From: Neophaeotheca triangularis
Lineage: Eukaryota
Direction: 5' to 3'
NCBI GenBank assembly: GCA_054600435.1
Contig: BAAIJX010000002.1
Span: forward strand, 434,001-498,000
Length of the DNA: 64,000 bases
Shown in pieces: positions 48,869-60,952 of this stretch (position 1 is its first letter; every line of letters begins with the position of its first letter). Made by a program: the position numbers and the translations under genes. The notes beneath the pieces are model-generated. The model searched no databases and was not told the origin of the DNA. It worked only from the letters and a program-made list of their open reading frames with translations.

Positions 48869-50203
48869 ATGCCGGTTCCGGTCCCTTCACTCGCCTTCAC
48901 TATCCCTTCTATCGACGATGATACGCCTCTGGACTGTCGCTTATATCACCCAGGCCAACTAACCAGCGCTCCTGGACCGGTGCTGCAAGCCGATGACGCG
49001 CCCAAAGCTGCAATTATCGCCCATCCTTACGCTCCGCTGGGTGGCTCCTTCGACGATGCCGTCGTGCTATCCCTCGCCGACACCTTACTCAAAAACGGTC
49101 TTGTGGTAGTGACGTTCAACTTTCGAGGCGCGGCCGGTTCTCATGGACGAACGAGTTGGACTTCCAAAGCAGAGCAGGCGGATTACGCATCCGTTGTTGG
49201 CTTGACCGTCAACTACCTCTACGCACTTTCGCCGCCGCACACTGCCGACGAAGCTCACAGACTGAGTACTGTGCATTCTCTCAGCAATGCTTTGGGGGAG
49301 CTTCTCCCGCCAACGTCCGCCCCGTCTACCGAAGAAAGTGCTTTGGAAATGGTAGGCCCGCCGCGGCCTGTTCTCGTACTGGCAGGCTACTCTTACGGCT
49401 CCTTGGTTCTGTCGCGCCTGCCGACCATCGAGACGATTCTTCAGCGCTTCGACGATGCCGAAACAGGCACCGCTGCTGCCGAGATCTTACTCAGAGCCCG
49501 CAGTCTAGCGGAGCAGTCTAGACTTGCAATTGCAGAAGGCAGACATCATGCGGCGCCTCGCGGCCGACGGGAGAATGCAGAAAGCGATCCCAGCAGCGGC
49601 GGTGCCCGACAACCCCAGCTCTCGCCCGTGGTGATTGGGGGCGAGGAGACGGATCCATCGGAACGCCGAAGGAGCCGTGAAGGCCGCCGTAGCGGAGAGA
49701 TTGTTCGCAGGGGAGTGGAAGTGCCAAGGAGGATCAGGAACAAGATCCATCGTCACAGCAGCGGTGCCAGAAGCAGCGACGACGGCGTTCCGAGCACCAG
49801 TAGCCCCCATTCGTCTGAGCGAGAACGTGGCCGCGAGACTTGTTGTACGCATTCGGTTTCCGTGGCCTATCTACTCGTCTCGCCACTGCTGCCTCCTATC
49901 TCGCATGCGTTGGGGCTGTCGTTCAATCTCGGGGGGATGCTGCAGTCGCACAGAGAACATCGCTTGGTGCTGCAGAACCATCCGACTCTGGCTCTATTCG
50001 GTTCGGTTGACAGCTTTACCTCGAGCCGCAAGCTACAGGTTTGGTGCGAACGGCTCTCGAAGACGACTGACCCGCGCTTCGACTGGGCTGAGATTAGGGA
50101 AGCTGGTCACTTTTGGACTGAGCCAGGGGCATTGGACGCTCTCCTTTCTCACGTTGAAGCTTGGGTTACGGGGCTGCAGGCCCATGGCTTTGATCGGACG
50201 TGA
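48869..50203 (+). CDS. Alpha/beta hydrolase (444 aa)
   Basis: AHPYAPLGG, TFNFRGA, nucleophile elbow GYSYG, D in FGSVDSF, H in AGHFW. Confidence 0.85.
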   Translation: MPVPVPSLAFTIPSIDDDTPLDCRLYHPGQLTSAPGPVLQADDAPKAAIIAHPYAPLGGSFDDAVVLSLADTLLKNGLVVVTFNFRGAAGSHGRTSWTSKAEQADYASVVGLTVNYLYALSPPHTADEAHRLSTVHSLSNALGELLPPTSAPSTEESALEMVGPPRPVLVLAGYSYGSLVLSRLPTIETILQRFDDAETGTAAAEILLRARSLAEQSRLAIAEGRHHAAPRGRRENAESDPSSGGARQPQLSPVVIGGEETDPSERRRSREGRRSGEIVRRGVEVPRRIRNKIHRHSSGARSSDDGVPSTSSPHSSERERGRETCCTHSVSVAYLLVSPLLPPISHALGLSFNLGGMLQSHREHRLVLQNHPTLALFGSVDSFTSSRKLQVWCERLSKTTDPRFDWAEIREAGHFWTEPGALDALLSHVEAWVTGLQAHGFDRT

Positions 50204-50448
50204 GATCTCGGAGCAGGGTCTCAATCTATTTAGTTAAATGTCGCAACTGAATACGGATGATCAATTGCGAACGACAGACTGAAAACAACTTGCTTTTATA
50301 CAGCAAATACATACGGCTTCGTGGTATCATCAAGAGAGTCAGCCTTTTGCTACCCAGTCACATCGCGACCCAATAAGCAGCCCAACACCATCGCTATGAA
50401 AAACCAAGCAAAGAAGCCATGACTTAATGGGAACAGCCAACCCCTAAC

Positions 50449-51674
50449 TTAACCGTGCCGGAAAGGTTCATACGCATTGCCCGGCTGATGGTACGGCGCG
50501 TACCCTCCCTGCGGCTGGTATCCCGTCTGCGGCTGGGGGTACTGCGCAAGAGGCACGCGATCACCCTCAACACCTCCAATGTACGGGCTACCGACTCTCT
50601 CATATTCCCCACCGCCCGTCTTTCCGACCTTGAGGCCTCTGCCCCTGTTGCTACCCATACCGGAACCGGCATCGTGGCTGCCACCTTTGGGCGCCGCCTT
50701 CCAAAGTCCACCCCTTTGGCCCTTGTGGTGAGGATTGCTGCGGCCGCTGCAGCAGCAGATGCTGAAGAGCCAGAAGAAAGTCGCGCCGAGTGAGAAGACT
50801 GTGCTTAGCCAGCTAACGGCTAGAGCGCGGCTTCCGAGATGTACTTCCACATTGTAAGGGTCGAGGAGGCCTTTGAGAGCGCCGGTGAGGACTGAGAAGA
50901 GGATCGTGGCTGTGAGGGAGGCTGCGAAGGAGAAGAAGGAAGAGACCTGGCGGAGTCTTTGTTAGCAAAAGCTCTTCCACTCCACTGGGCGCTGGTACCG
51001 ATACTCACAAAACTCAAGATCCAGGTAATAAAGCTGCCCCAGCGGGAAAAGATGGCCAGTATGCCTGCGACAATCGTGCCCAAAGTAACCCACAAGCTGA
51101 CCTGGTAAGCGATAAACATCCACTTGGAGACGTGCTTGTAAGTGCTCAACGCGCCATCGGTACTCTCATCCAGCACCTTGTCGGCCAAATCTCCCACATT
51201 GTCCTTTAGATCCGCAACAGTCTGCTCGATAACGTTCTTGTCCTCCCCGGTAGCATCCGCCACGGCATCCACGGCATCACTCGCCGCGCCATCCGTACTC
51301 AGACCCCACACTTGGACGGGGTTGAACCAAAACTGCGCCTCGCGGTCCGAACAGTGATCGATTTCCCCGGCGGTGCCGTTGGCGAGGGTGGTGTTGGCGG
51401 AGCAGTAATTCCATAAGTGAATGTCATATCTAGCAGCCAAGAGGTCGCTGTCCTGGGCCAGCTGCAATGCCGTGGCGAGCTCGAGGGAGCCTGAGATGTC
51501 GCCGGCGGCGGTGACGTCGAGCGAGGAGAGGTCGATTTGGAAAAAGTAGAGGCCGTTGAGTGTGTCGCTGCTCGAGTTCCAGCCGGAGATTTCGACGAAG
51601 ATTTGCGTTATAAAGGAGGCGATGGTCAATAGCATCGGTGTTGAAATGCAGAAGATGCGTCCTAGTTTACCCAT
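50449..51674 (-). CDS. SUR7/PalI family four-TM membrane protein (~387 aa)
   Basis: Exons 51674-51009 and 50946-50449 (intron 50947-51008). YDIHLWNYC..C.....FWFNPVQVWGL claudin-like loop, four TM segments, ICCCSGRS, terminal AYEPFRH. Confidence 0.87.
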
Positions 51675-53482
51675 GTTGGGCAATGGTTTCGGCGGTGTTT
51701 GCTGCTATCGGAAGGGGGCTCGGTTTAGACGTGCTGTTTGGGTACGTGATGAATGTCCTGCGGAATTGATGTGTTGGTTTTAGCGAGCGTAAGTAAGTAG
51801 AGGCAAAGTGACAAAAACAGTACGTGTAACGATAAACTGAACGAAAGGGTTGCCGTTCGTTTAGGATGAGATATTAACAGGTAGTGTTAGAGTATATCTA
51901 TGTATCCGATGTACTTTACAGTAAGCTTACGTTGTCGGAGTTACGCTGTAGCTGTAAATAAGCATACGCCACACAGCCCTGGTTTGCATCGCCACACCAC
52001 ACACGTCTTGGTGTCGTCAGACAAGGTAGGCGGAGCAAACAAAGCACCCGACCATTTCAATACAACATGTTTATAATAACATTAAACCACACCGCTCCCA
52101 ACATACGATAAGTCAGTCAAAGCACTTGCTTGTTATAGACGTCCAAAAGGCAAGGGACTCGTAGCAATAATTAACTTAGCAAAAAGAGGCCGAGCGACGC
52201 CGAAATGCAAAGAGCGGCGACGACAGTAAAAGCAGTATTCAATAATAATAATCAACCAGTCCATCAATCAATTCATTATCAAACTCATCATTATTATTGT
52301 CCCCTAACTTATAATCATAAGCTACCATCTAAGTTATGAGTAACTACTGAATATGATCGCCGCCGACACGCAACCCAACGACGAGTCGAGAACAATTGCG
52401 AGCTAAGATAAAAGATCCAGCCCCCTTCCCTTCCCTTCCTCCCCACCCCACGCGTCCCCCCTCCCGCTGCGTAACATCTAAATTTAAACCCAACAACCTG
52501 CCTAACCCACCTCGACCAACCACTGTGGTGTGCGTGATTATTATTGCCTATTCCGGGCTGCGTCCTTGGTCGCTCACGTGCCGTTCAGACTTTCCGCCCC
52601 CCGGGCTGCTCCAGGCACGAGAGAGGGGCGAATGATGAGAATAACTTGATCTTGTGCCCGAGAATCTCGAGAACCGGGCACCTACCCATTGATGAATGCC
52701 ATCCAGGACTCGTCATCACCAAGGTAGCGAAGCTCAACCGTCACTTGACATGATACATTGAGAGCGAATGCACAGCGCAGTTTACTCGATGAAAGTGTGA
52801 ACGAGATTCAGATACTCGTCTCGCTCGAGCTACGAAACAATTCAAAGCGCATCCAAAAACCTCCCAGGCACAATCGACACCAGGGGTATTTTCCTTTCCT
52901 TTCCTTTCCTTGCCATTCCTCTTCTTTCAAACAAAGGTTTTTTAAACATTGTAGTTGACCCCGTAATGCATCCCACCGCATGAAGAAATCCAACATCATC
53001 CGCCCCAGCCCGTCCGCCCCCTCTCTCGTACGCAGCGAACCTGCGACCCCGCTCGCCTTTCGCCCCGCCCCAAATGCAAAGCCAATCCGCTCAACGACAT
53101 CGAGTTCCAGTGCATGTAGCGAAAGACGTCGGCCGGCGTTAAGTTCGTGAGAGCCTGTCGCAGAAACACGTTTCCCACCCTGGTTTAATCAAATAAACGC
53201 AAAGAAATTCTCTCCCAGTGCTCCGTTTCTCCTTCCCAAACATACGAAATGCCTCCTCGCAAGCGACGTGGTCAACTGTCCCAGCCAAGTATATATCAAA
53301 GTTAAAAATGTGTAGATGTAGAAGCGAAGGGTTCCCCCAAAGTAAACATCGGATCCAGAAGATGCGCCGGTGCTAGATCGCTTCAAATAACGCGCGATGC
53401 CAGTGAAGAGAGACAAGAACTCCAATATACGCCATGTCGATTAGAGTGAGGCGGTGAAGGACAGTAGACAGACAGTCATGGT

Positions 53483-54945
53483 TTACTGTTGTCTTTGATC
53501 TCTCTGGCCATGTGCTTCGTTGCGTGCACGAAGGCGATCGGTGCTTTGTCGAGCTTCTGCAGCCTTTTGCGCGTCTGCGATGGATGTCGACGTTCGTGCG
53601 CTCTCCGTGCCGAGACCGCCGGGTAGTATGCGGCTTATGTCTTTGGCGAGCGCCTCGATGATGTATTTGCGGAAGTCTGCGTCTTCTCGCAGATCCTCAC
53701 CTTCCAGACGGAACTTCTCCTTCTTGTCCATGTCGCGACGTCGGAGAGTCTTGATCTCAGCTATTATGTGCATGAGCACACTCTCGGGGCACTTTTGACG
53801 AGGACGGGCGCTGCTGGGGTTACGGACGTATCGCCGTGTTACATCGGCGCATGTGTCGGCGGAGAAGGCGATGCAGTAGGAGAGCTGTCTCTTCCAGCCT
53901 GTGCGAGGTGTTAGTTGATGCCTTCAGAAAAGGGTGCACGACAGCACGGCTTACCCTGTGTGTAAAGCAGAGGAGTATCCCACGCCTCCTCGCAGCAGTC
54001 CACGTGTACCCATCGCTTCCGGTGCACGCTGTAGACCTCAGTCCAGACGTGGTCCTCTGCATTCCACACCCAACGTACTCTGCTGCCCACAGCTCTGCAA
54101 AGCATGCTGAAGCAGTTGGCCCATTCGCCAACCCTGCCTCTCCGAGTCTGCAGAAGGACGAACGCATCGTTGTATCGGGGAAAGCGTTCGTAGGATTGAC
54201 AATATTGATTGCTGCACTGGTAGAGTTCGACGCGGTTCGCACCTCGTGCAGACTCATCAGGCAACGGGTGCGCCATGCCACGGCCAATCGTGGGTGCTCT
54301 GCATGCCGAGCATGGTGGATTGTTTATCCACTCGAAGAAGTCGCGCTTGAACCATCTCATCAAAGCGCGAACGACGCAATCTTGGTAGCCCCATGCCGGT
54401 TTGGTGTTGCCGCCGAGCGATGCAGCCTCTGCCATGTACAGATCCGACTCTTCCTGCGCCTCGTCGTATATCCTTTCCAATGGGACGGAATGAAGCGCTT
54501 CGTCTAACAGGCCTGGGTTTTCCCATTTGCAAGGTATGTTGGAGAGAGAAATGAGCATGTTTCGGAAGCGAAGATGCTTGTTCTCGGTCGGAGCTTCGGG
54601 GTGAATGGGGATGTTGCGCAAGGAAGAGTATGCGGGTGGTGGGGGTAGTTGGTCGACTGAATCTTGTTGTGCTCCTGGTACTGAAGGCGCTTCTCGGGTT
54701 GGATGGAAAGGAGTTGTTGGTTGTGGCGATGTTGGTAGCTGTTGTCGGCTCTGAACTACGATTTCTGGCGTGAGTCTCGAAGAGGAGCGACGGAGGGATC
54801 CTGAGCTACTGTGCAATTGGTTCATGCGCTTGGTGGAGAGTGTACGTCTGAACTGCTGGGTCAAGTCCTTTTCCCAGCCGGCTGGCAGAGCAGCTGGCGC
54901 AGGGACCGGCTTTCTGCGCGGCACGCCATTGTTGCGGTCCGCCAT
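53483..54945 (-). CDS. PNG1: Peptide:N-glycanase orthologue, transglutaminase-like, catalytic Cys replaced (~468 aa)
   Basis: Exons 54945-53955 and 53898-53483. [24 protein letters not shown]...C...[41 protein letters not shown]. Confidence 0.9.
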
Positions 54946-55120
54946 CTGTGGTGTTTTGAGTCGTGATCAACAAAGAGGTAGGCGGAATGATGGATAGAAG
55001 TCGAATGGGGTGGTTGAGATTGTTGTGAAAATGTTCCTGGTGTACTCGTCGGGCGACGAGTTGTATCCGGCTGACTGCGCCTTGTCGGGTTTCCTGTCTC
55101 TTGCACAGCCTGCAGACACT

Positions 55121-55600
55121 CACACACACACACACACTGCTCTCTCAACACAGTGAATGTGTGGGGAGGATAAGAGTCGACGACGTGGCGGAGCGGAGGG
55201 TGGTAGAGAGAGAAAGAGAGGCAGAGAGAGAGAGAGAGGTTGGTGGTGGTGGTGGTGGTGGTGTCGTTGGTGTCGTGTCAGTGTCGCTGCTGATGAGAGA
55301 GTCGGGTGTCTCTCTCTCTTCTCTCTCGCCCTCTCTCCCCCAGACTACTACGACTGGACGGTAGTGGACGGTGCAGGTGACTGACGCGGCCCTGTTCAAA
55401 TTCGGCCCAAAGCGGTTTAGCCGACACGACGCTCCCTCTACCAAACGCTGCACGCATGCGACTCGAACACAAGAGACGCAATCCTCTTTGTCCTCCCTTC
55501 CTATTCCATCCGCTTGGTCGTCGTCGTCGTCGTCGTCGTCGCAGTCGCTACTACTATCACCACTAACTACTACTATCACTAGATTCACTAAATTCACTAC
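55121..55600. repeat. Compound microsatellite cluster: (CA)n, (GA)n, (TGG)n, (CT)n, (GTC)8, (CTA)n
   Basis: Read directly, upstream of PNG1: CA 55121-55137, GA-rich 55205-55238, TGG 55241-55263, GTC 55517-55540. Confidence 0.85.
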
Positions 55601-56166
55601 TACCACCCACTTACCATACACGTCCTGTTATCACCGAACTCCTGCTCTGTCTTCAATTGCTTTGTGGCGATACACGTACGACACGCCTGACAGACTCCAC
55701 GCTGCCAAGCGTAGTTATTAGGCACACTGTAGCCGTACCCGCTATTAAGCGGACCGTCTACTGAATATCACAGCCCTACCTGGCGACGATTGGCATTGAT
55801 TGACATTATTATTACTCGCCTTCCATTCATTGCCACACGCCTATCACGCTGCCAAATTGTTCACCAATTCTTCACCTTGCCCTCCACCGCACCGCCTTGA
55901 TGAAAGAAGCAGCTTGCGACGTTGGACAACCGTGGACAGCCTATGAGTAACGGCGCCCACGAGCCCCGTGTACTTCCGCCCACACCACACGTCAGTTGTC
56001 CTCATCTCATCGCCGCTCCCCTCTCTCTGAGTCTCACAGTGCGTGTGCATGAGCGGGAGGCGCATCTCATGCATGCTGCTTCGTCAGCTCAAGCCTTTGA
56101 TGCTCGACATCTGTCAGTCTCGAACAGCCTTTTCGCTCAAACACACTTTCCGTATCTCGTCATCGG

Positions 56167-56210
56167 CACACACACATACACACACACACACACACACACT
56201 CACACACACA
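56167..56210. repeat. Imperfect (CA)22 microsatellite
   Basis: CA run with two interruptions. Confidence 0.9.
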
Positions 56211-57152
56211 TACGTGAGCTTTTGCAAGACAAGATGATACCGTATGGCGTATCACCAACCCAGGTCCAGGTACTGGTATGTCCTTGTAGGCGGCTGACTT
56301 TCGCATGTGCGCTATACATACCATCGTCAATAGTGCTTGCCTTAGCGCCACCGATTCCGAGGAAGGAGCACACTTGGTCGGCGAACAATAACTGGTCATG
56401 CGATATTTGAGTTTGCCATGGCAGTTTGTTAATTTAACATGAGAACCTTGTTAGAACCCTTCCCTTTACCCACCTGGCACCTGCCCTTCGACACACGTCT
56501 GACACGAATAGCCCCGCCCCGCCCCTGCGACGACGCGACCACTTTAACGCCTTGGCACCTTGCCCCGGAATCATTGAGACGTCTTTCTTGGGACATTGCG
56601 CAAGCAAGACGCTTGGACCTGCGCCTCCTGCCAGTGGCCGTGCGCTTTTGGACCGCCTAGATGCGACCGGCGACCGGAGACCGCATCAGGAAGGCATGTC
56701 GTTTGCTACAGAGTATACCTCCTACCTATACTTCAGTCTTTCTGTTACGTGGAGTTTTCGATATCTCGCAGTGTGCGCGCGTGTTGCGCCTGCACTACTG
56801 TCTTCGTAGCCTCCCATGCGGGCCGCCAACGCTATCTCAGCGGGTCATCGTGCGTCCTCGGAGCGCATTCTGAGAGGTACCGATTCTGCGTCTCCCCATA
56901 GCCGCTACCGCTGATAGCAAACGACTTACCACCACCATCCGCAGCGGTAAAGCACTAACTAGGTAGTGCTGCTTGCCCCGAAGAGAGGGGACAGATGCCC
57001 TCATCAAGAACTGCGTCACAGAACGGTGGCAGCTAGCAGTGCCTTGGTGGAAGGAAATTCCTCGGAAAGACAATTGATTCTACGAAGCCCCAAACGACAG
57101 TAGTGCCAACAGCCTATATGTAGCCTAGCAAGTTAGCAATGCCATCATACCT

Positions 57153-60100
57153 TTAGGTTCCCACAACATCCAGTGACAGCACCTCCATACCAACGCCACA
57201 AACCAGAACCCCCTTCCTGCCCCCGGCGAGCTCCATCAGATCGAGACTAGAGACGTCTGCCACCGGCGTCGGGCAGTCCTCCACGCACTCGACACTCAAC
57301 CCTTTCACGCCCACTTCCCTCACACGTCCCGCGTCGACGGCGATACGCCAAGCTTTGACGCGTTGGTCGATGCCAGCGGAGATCATGTGCATCACTGTCG
57401 AACTGGGGTTTGAGGGGACCAGGGAGATGGCGGTCACGGCTGCCGCGTGCGCGCTGGGGATTACCAGCGTGCGAGATCTGGCCGTCGACGTCGTGTCTTT
57501 CTCTCCAGCGTGAGCGTCAGCCTGCATCAATAACGTCAGGCCAATGGCGTTGTCGTCTCCGCCCGTCGCGACCAGGTCCACGTCTGCTGCTACGTTCTGC
57601 ATGGCCATACTTAGGATGGCGTTTTGGTGAACTTTGATCCGTCGCTGCCAACGAAGCGCAGACTCGTTGTTGACTGAATGCCAGAGAGCAAGATGCCCGT
57701 CTGTAGCTGTGCTCATGGACTCGTGGTGCGGTTTTCGTGGTGTAGTGACACCTGTTAGACAGGCCGTGAGGTAGTCGCCCGAAGCCAATAGCTTCCAGTC
57801 CTGCCCGGCATATAACCACCTCTTCAACGTGGAGTCAGAATACGCCATGGTAATCTCGCAGCCTTGCGTCTCAATCTGCACGCTGTCGAAGCCCATGATC
57901 CGTAGGTCTGACATGCCGCTCCGTGGGTGCTTGGACTCGCAGAAAAAGCCGATGTTGATACCGGGAATGTCAGCCTGGCCTCGCCACACATAGAACTCCT
58001 CGAATCCCCCGCTACTAAAAAGCAAAAGTCCCCCATCATCTTCGCCAGCCCATTGGAGATGTTGGATGCCTGTGTTGTGCCTGCGTAGCGTTTGCAGGCA
58101 ATGCAGCGCCGACTCTACGCCTGAGCTCTCAGTGTAATCAAACACCTTGATGTCAGTGTCTTCAGCGCCGGTCGCGATCAGCTGCTTGCCGTAAACTCTC
58201 GGGGAGGACACTGCCGCGGCTTTGATTTCTCTGCCGTGGCCGCCGCCCCCGATGAGACGATACGGAAGCTGGGTTTGGGTAGACGAGAAGAGCGCAGAAG
58301 CTTTGGTCCAGATGAAGGTGCCCCCCTCTGTCGATGGCTGGAACGCAAAATTGCGATGGGCGCCGCCGCACTCGACTGACATGACATCCCGTTGTAAGGT
58401 GATGTCATACGACACGAAATGCTTGCTCCTGAAGCCCCATACAAGGAGATGGCCGTTTTCCATGAATTTCAGACCTTCGATGTTCGGACCGAACGGAAGA
58501 GGGAGCTGGTGTATGAGCTTGGAGGAAAGCTTTTCACCTTTTGCTTGGATGGCGCGTGTTGCAAGGGTACCATCTCGGCCTGTGGAGAAAAGCAGGCCAG
58601 AGGTGTCTCTCTGCTCTTTCTGGGTTCCTGTGCTCCAGCAGAGACCTGTCACCGCCTCTTTGCCGTGGGCGGAGGGGAGTGTGATTACAGGCTCTTCACC
58701 GTCGGTGTAGGCAATTATTGAGCCGCCACGCAAGCCGAGGAACAAAATGGGACCCATTCCGACAGCGCAGCTCGCGATACCGAATGCGGTGATAGGGTCG
58801 CCACTCGGGAAAAGAAGTCGCCTGCTTCTGACCTGGTGTTCCGGGGAGCCTGGTCTATCATCCGACGGGTCTATGATCAGGAAGGCATAATTCGACCCAA
58901 CTGTTGTCACGAGAATGTAGTTGTTCCGTAGCCCTCTTCCAATGTTACCATCGTCTTCCGCAGTGAATATTCCAGCAGTTTTGCTATTGGTGGAGGCGAC
59001 CTCTGAAAGTCTCCCATTGCTGAAGCAGTGGATCTTCCCTGGTGTGCCGCTAATGAAGGCTGCCGAGTCAACACTCGCAATCACAGAATACCCTCTGAGA
59101 CTATCGAGGGGCCCATCCGTCTCTTCAGGTATCCAAGAGCCGCTACCATCCGACACAAGCAAAATGGCCTTGCCAGTGTTAGTCGTGGCCACGACTCTGC
59201 CTGGTTCTATAAATGTGTAGACGCGATACTTGTCTCCGTCAGGGTCAGGCATTTGCAATGCCCCGAGTTGCTCGTTTGCCAAGCTAGATTGCCGCGAGCC
59301 ATCTGCAATCGCAATGGCTCCATCCGCGCCGCCAGTTGCAAGATAGAGTAATTTGTTTCTAGCTGTAGACCAGATATGCTTTCCAGCGTGAGCTGCGGTA
59401 CGGCCAAGCTGCTCCAGTGCATAAGATGAAAGTCCTGTGGTCAGCGTCCGCCGCTTCAGGACCCAGTCAATGGTCGAAGCATCCTCGCCAAACGACTGCA
59501 AGGCGATGACAGTGTTGCTTGACCCTGATGGCGAGGGCTCAGAGACAGAGCCTTCGCGTTTCTGGAAACGTACACTCCAGATTCGAGACAGGTGGCCCAT
59601 GGCTTTAGCTAGACACAGAGGAGCGTGCAAGTCGTATTGCGCTTTATTGCCGAAGCCAGTATCCCGCCGAGCCTGAGTCAGAGTTGGGGCTGTTCGCTGA
59701 ATGTTTGTAACGTCCCATATCTTTATGGTACGGTCATCGCTACAACTAGCAAGTAACCGCATTTGGCCTCCCACGTGCGGTTGATCAAGAGGAGGCGATA
59801 GCTGCACTCCGAAGACCGATCCTTCATGTGCGGAGAAAGTGTAATGGACTTGAGTCTCCGCGGTCACGGTACTGCCTTGGAACTGGAGATTGCATGACCA
59901 GACGACAACGTCGCCGAAAGCAGTACCAGACGCAATGAGACATTGGGAAGCACTTAGCCATGTTACTTGCGCCGCATACAGTATGCAGTTTGAGCCTGGT
60001 GTAACGGTCACAATGTTTGACTCGACCGCTATACGGCCGTTGATTGGCGACAGAGGGGTTGTTGCAATCACTAGGGCATTGTGAGCAGTCACGAGTGCCG

Positions 60101-60486
60101 TGTGCTCGATGTCAGTATTGTCGGAAGGGCAAGGCTGATGAGCAGCGTCCAGTACCCAATCGTCTACCAACTTGGTCTTGAATTCGGTAGCCTGTGAGCC
60201 TCCTAGATCGCCGAGAATGCAAAAACTTCGACCTCCCCAAACTGTGGCTCTACCTTGTCGGCTCGAGGGGAGAATGCCATGGATGGGTTGACTGTCGAAG
60301 ACCTGAATTTGAAATAAAGGCTCAGAGGTAGTAATAGAGAAGGCTTGCAGAAGACCGCCGACTCCTGCAAGGACTACATTCCCATCAAGGAAGGCTAATG
60401 CGGTCACCGGAACGAGGGTGTGTTGACGCTGCTGTTGGTCAGCTCATGATGAGGAGCCTGTCACGAAGAGATCTCACTTGCAGCAT
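57153..60486 (-). CDS. WDR6: WD40 protein WDR6/Trm734 (Rtt10), tRNA 2'-O-methylation cofactor (~1094 aa)
   Basis: 9-nt first exon 60486-60478 (MLQ), intron to 60432 or 60429, then a long exon. IASGTAFG, AHEGSVFGV, ASCSDDRTIKIWD, GHLSRIW, SFGEDAS, VECGGAHR, GHGREIK, ATGGDDNA. Confidence 0.85.
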
Positions 60487-60952
60487 CAAGATCAGAGCCT
60501 CGATGGTCGTTCAAGCTATGATTACGAGGAACTCGAAAGATCAGCGTCGTTCTCGTTCGCTTCTTCCTTCTCAGGGAAGGCGGTAGGTACCTACAAGTAG
60601 GTCGGTAGCTTTGTGTATTGCGCTTTTACTTTTGATATCTTGAAGACCGTCTGTGCGCCAAACGAGGGAGCTGCCGCCGCTTTCCGTCGCCCAAGCTTCA
60701 CCTTTAATTGAACAGGGCTGCCTCCACTGCGGTAGTCGCTTACCGATACAAGCCATGAGGGACCTGTAGATCGTAGGAATGCTATGCTATCGGTCGCATG
60801 ATCACCCAGTCACTAGGCCATATTCAACAACATTCTGGTAGTCTTACTCCTATCAATCTGCAAACACCTTCATCGAGCTACCAGATGCGACAACACGATA
60901 GAAGGCCTCGAGACGCGCTCGCGTGACCCTCAAGCGAGCATTCCCCAACGCT

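Noticed and set aside
52808..53425. Short minus-strand ORFs downstream of PNG1
   Set aside because: No coherent start and splice model; probably 3'UTR or intergenic.
55101..56410. ORFs with poly-W/G/D/S and HT/CV repeats
   Set aside because: Artefacts of microsatellites in non-coding DNA.
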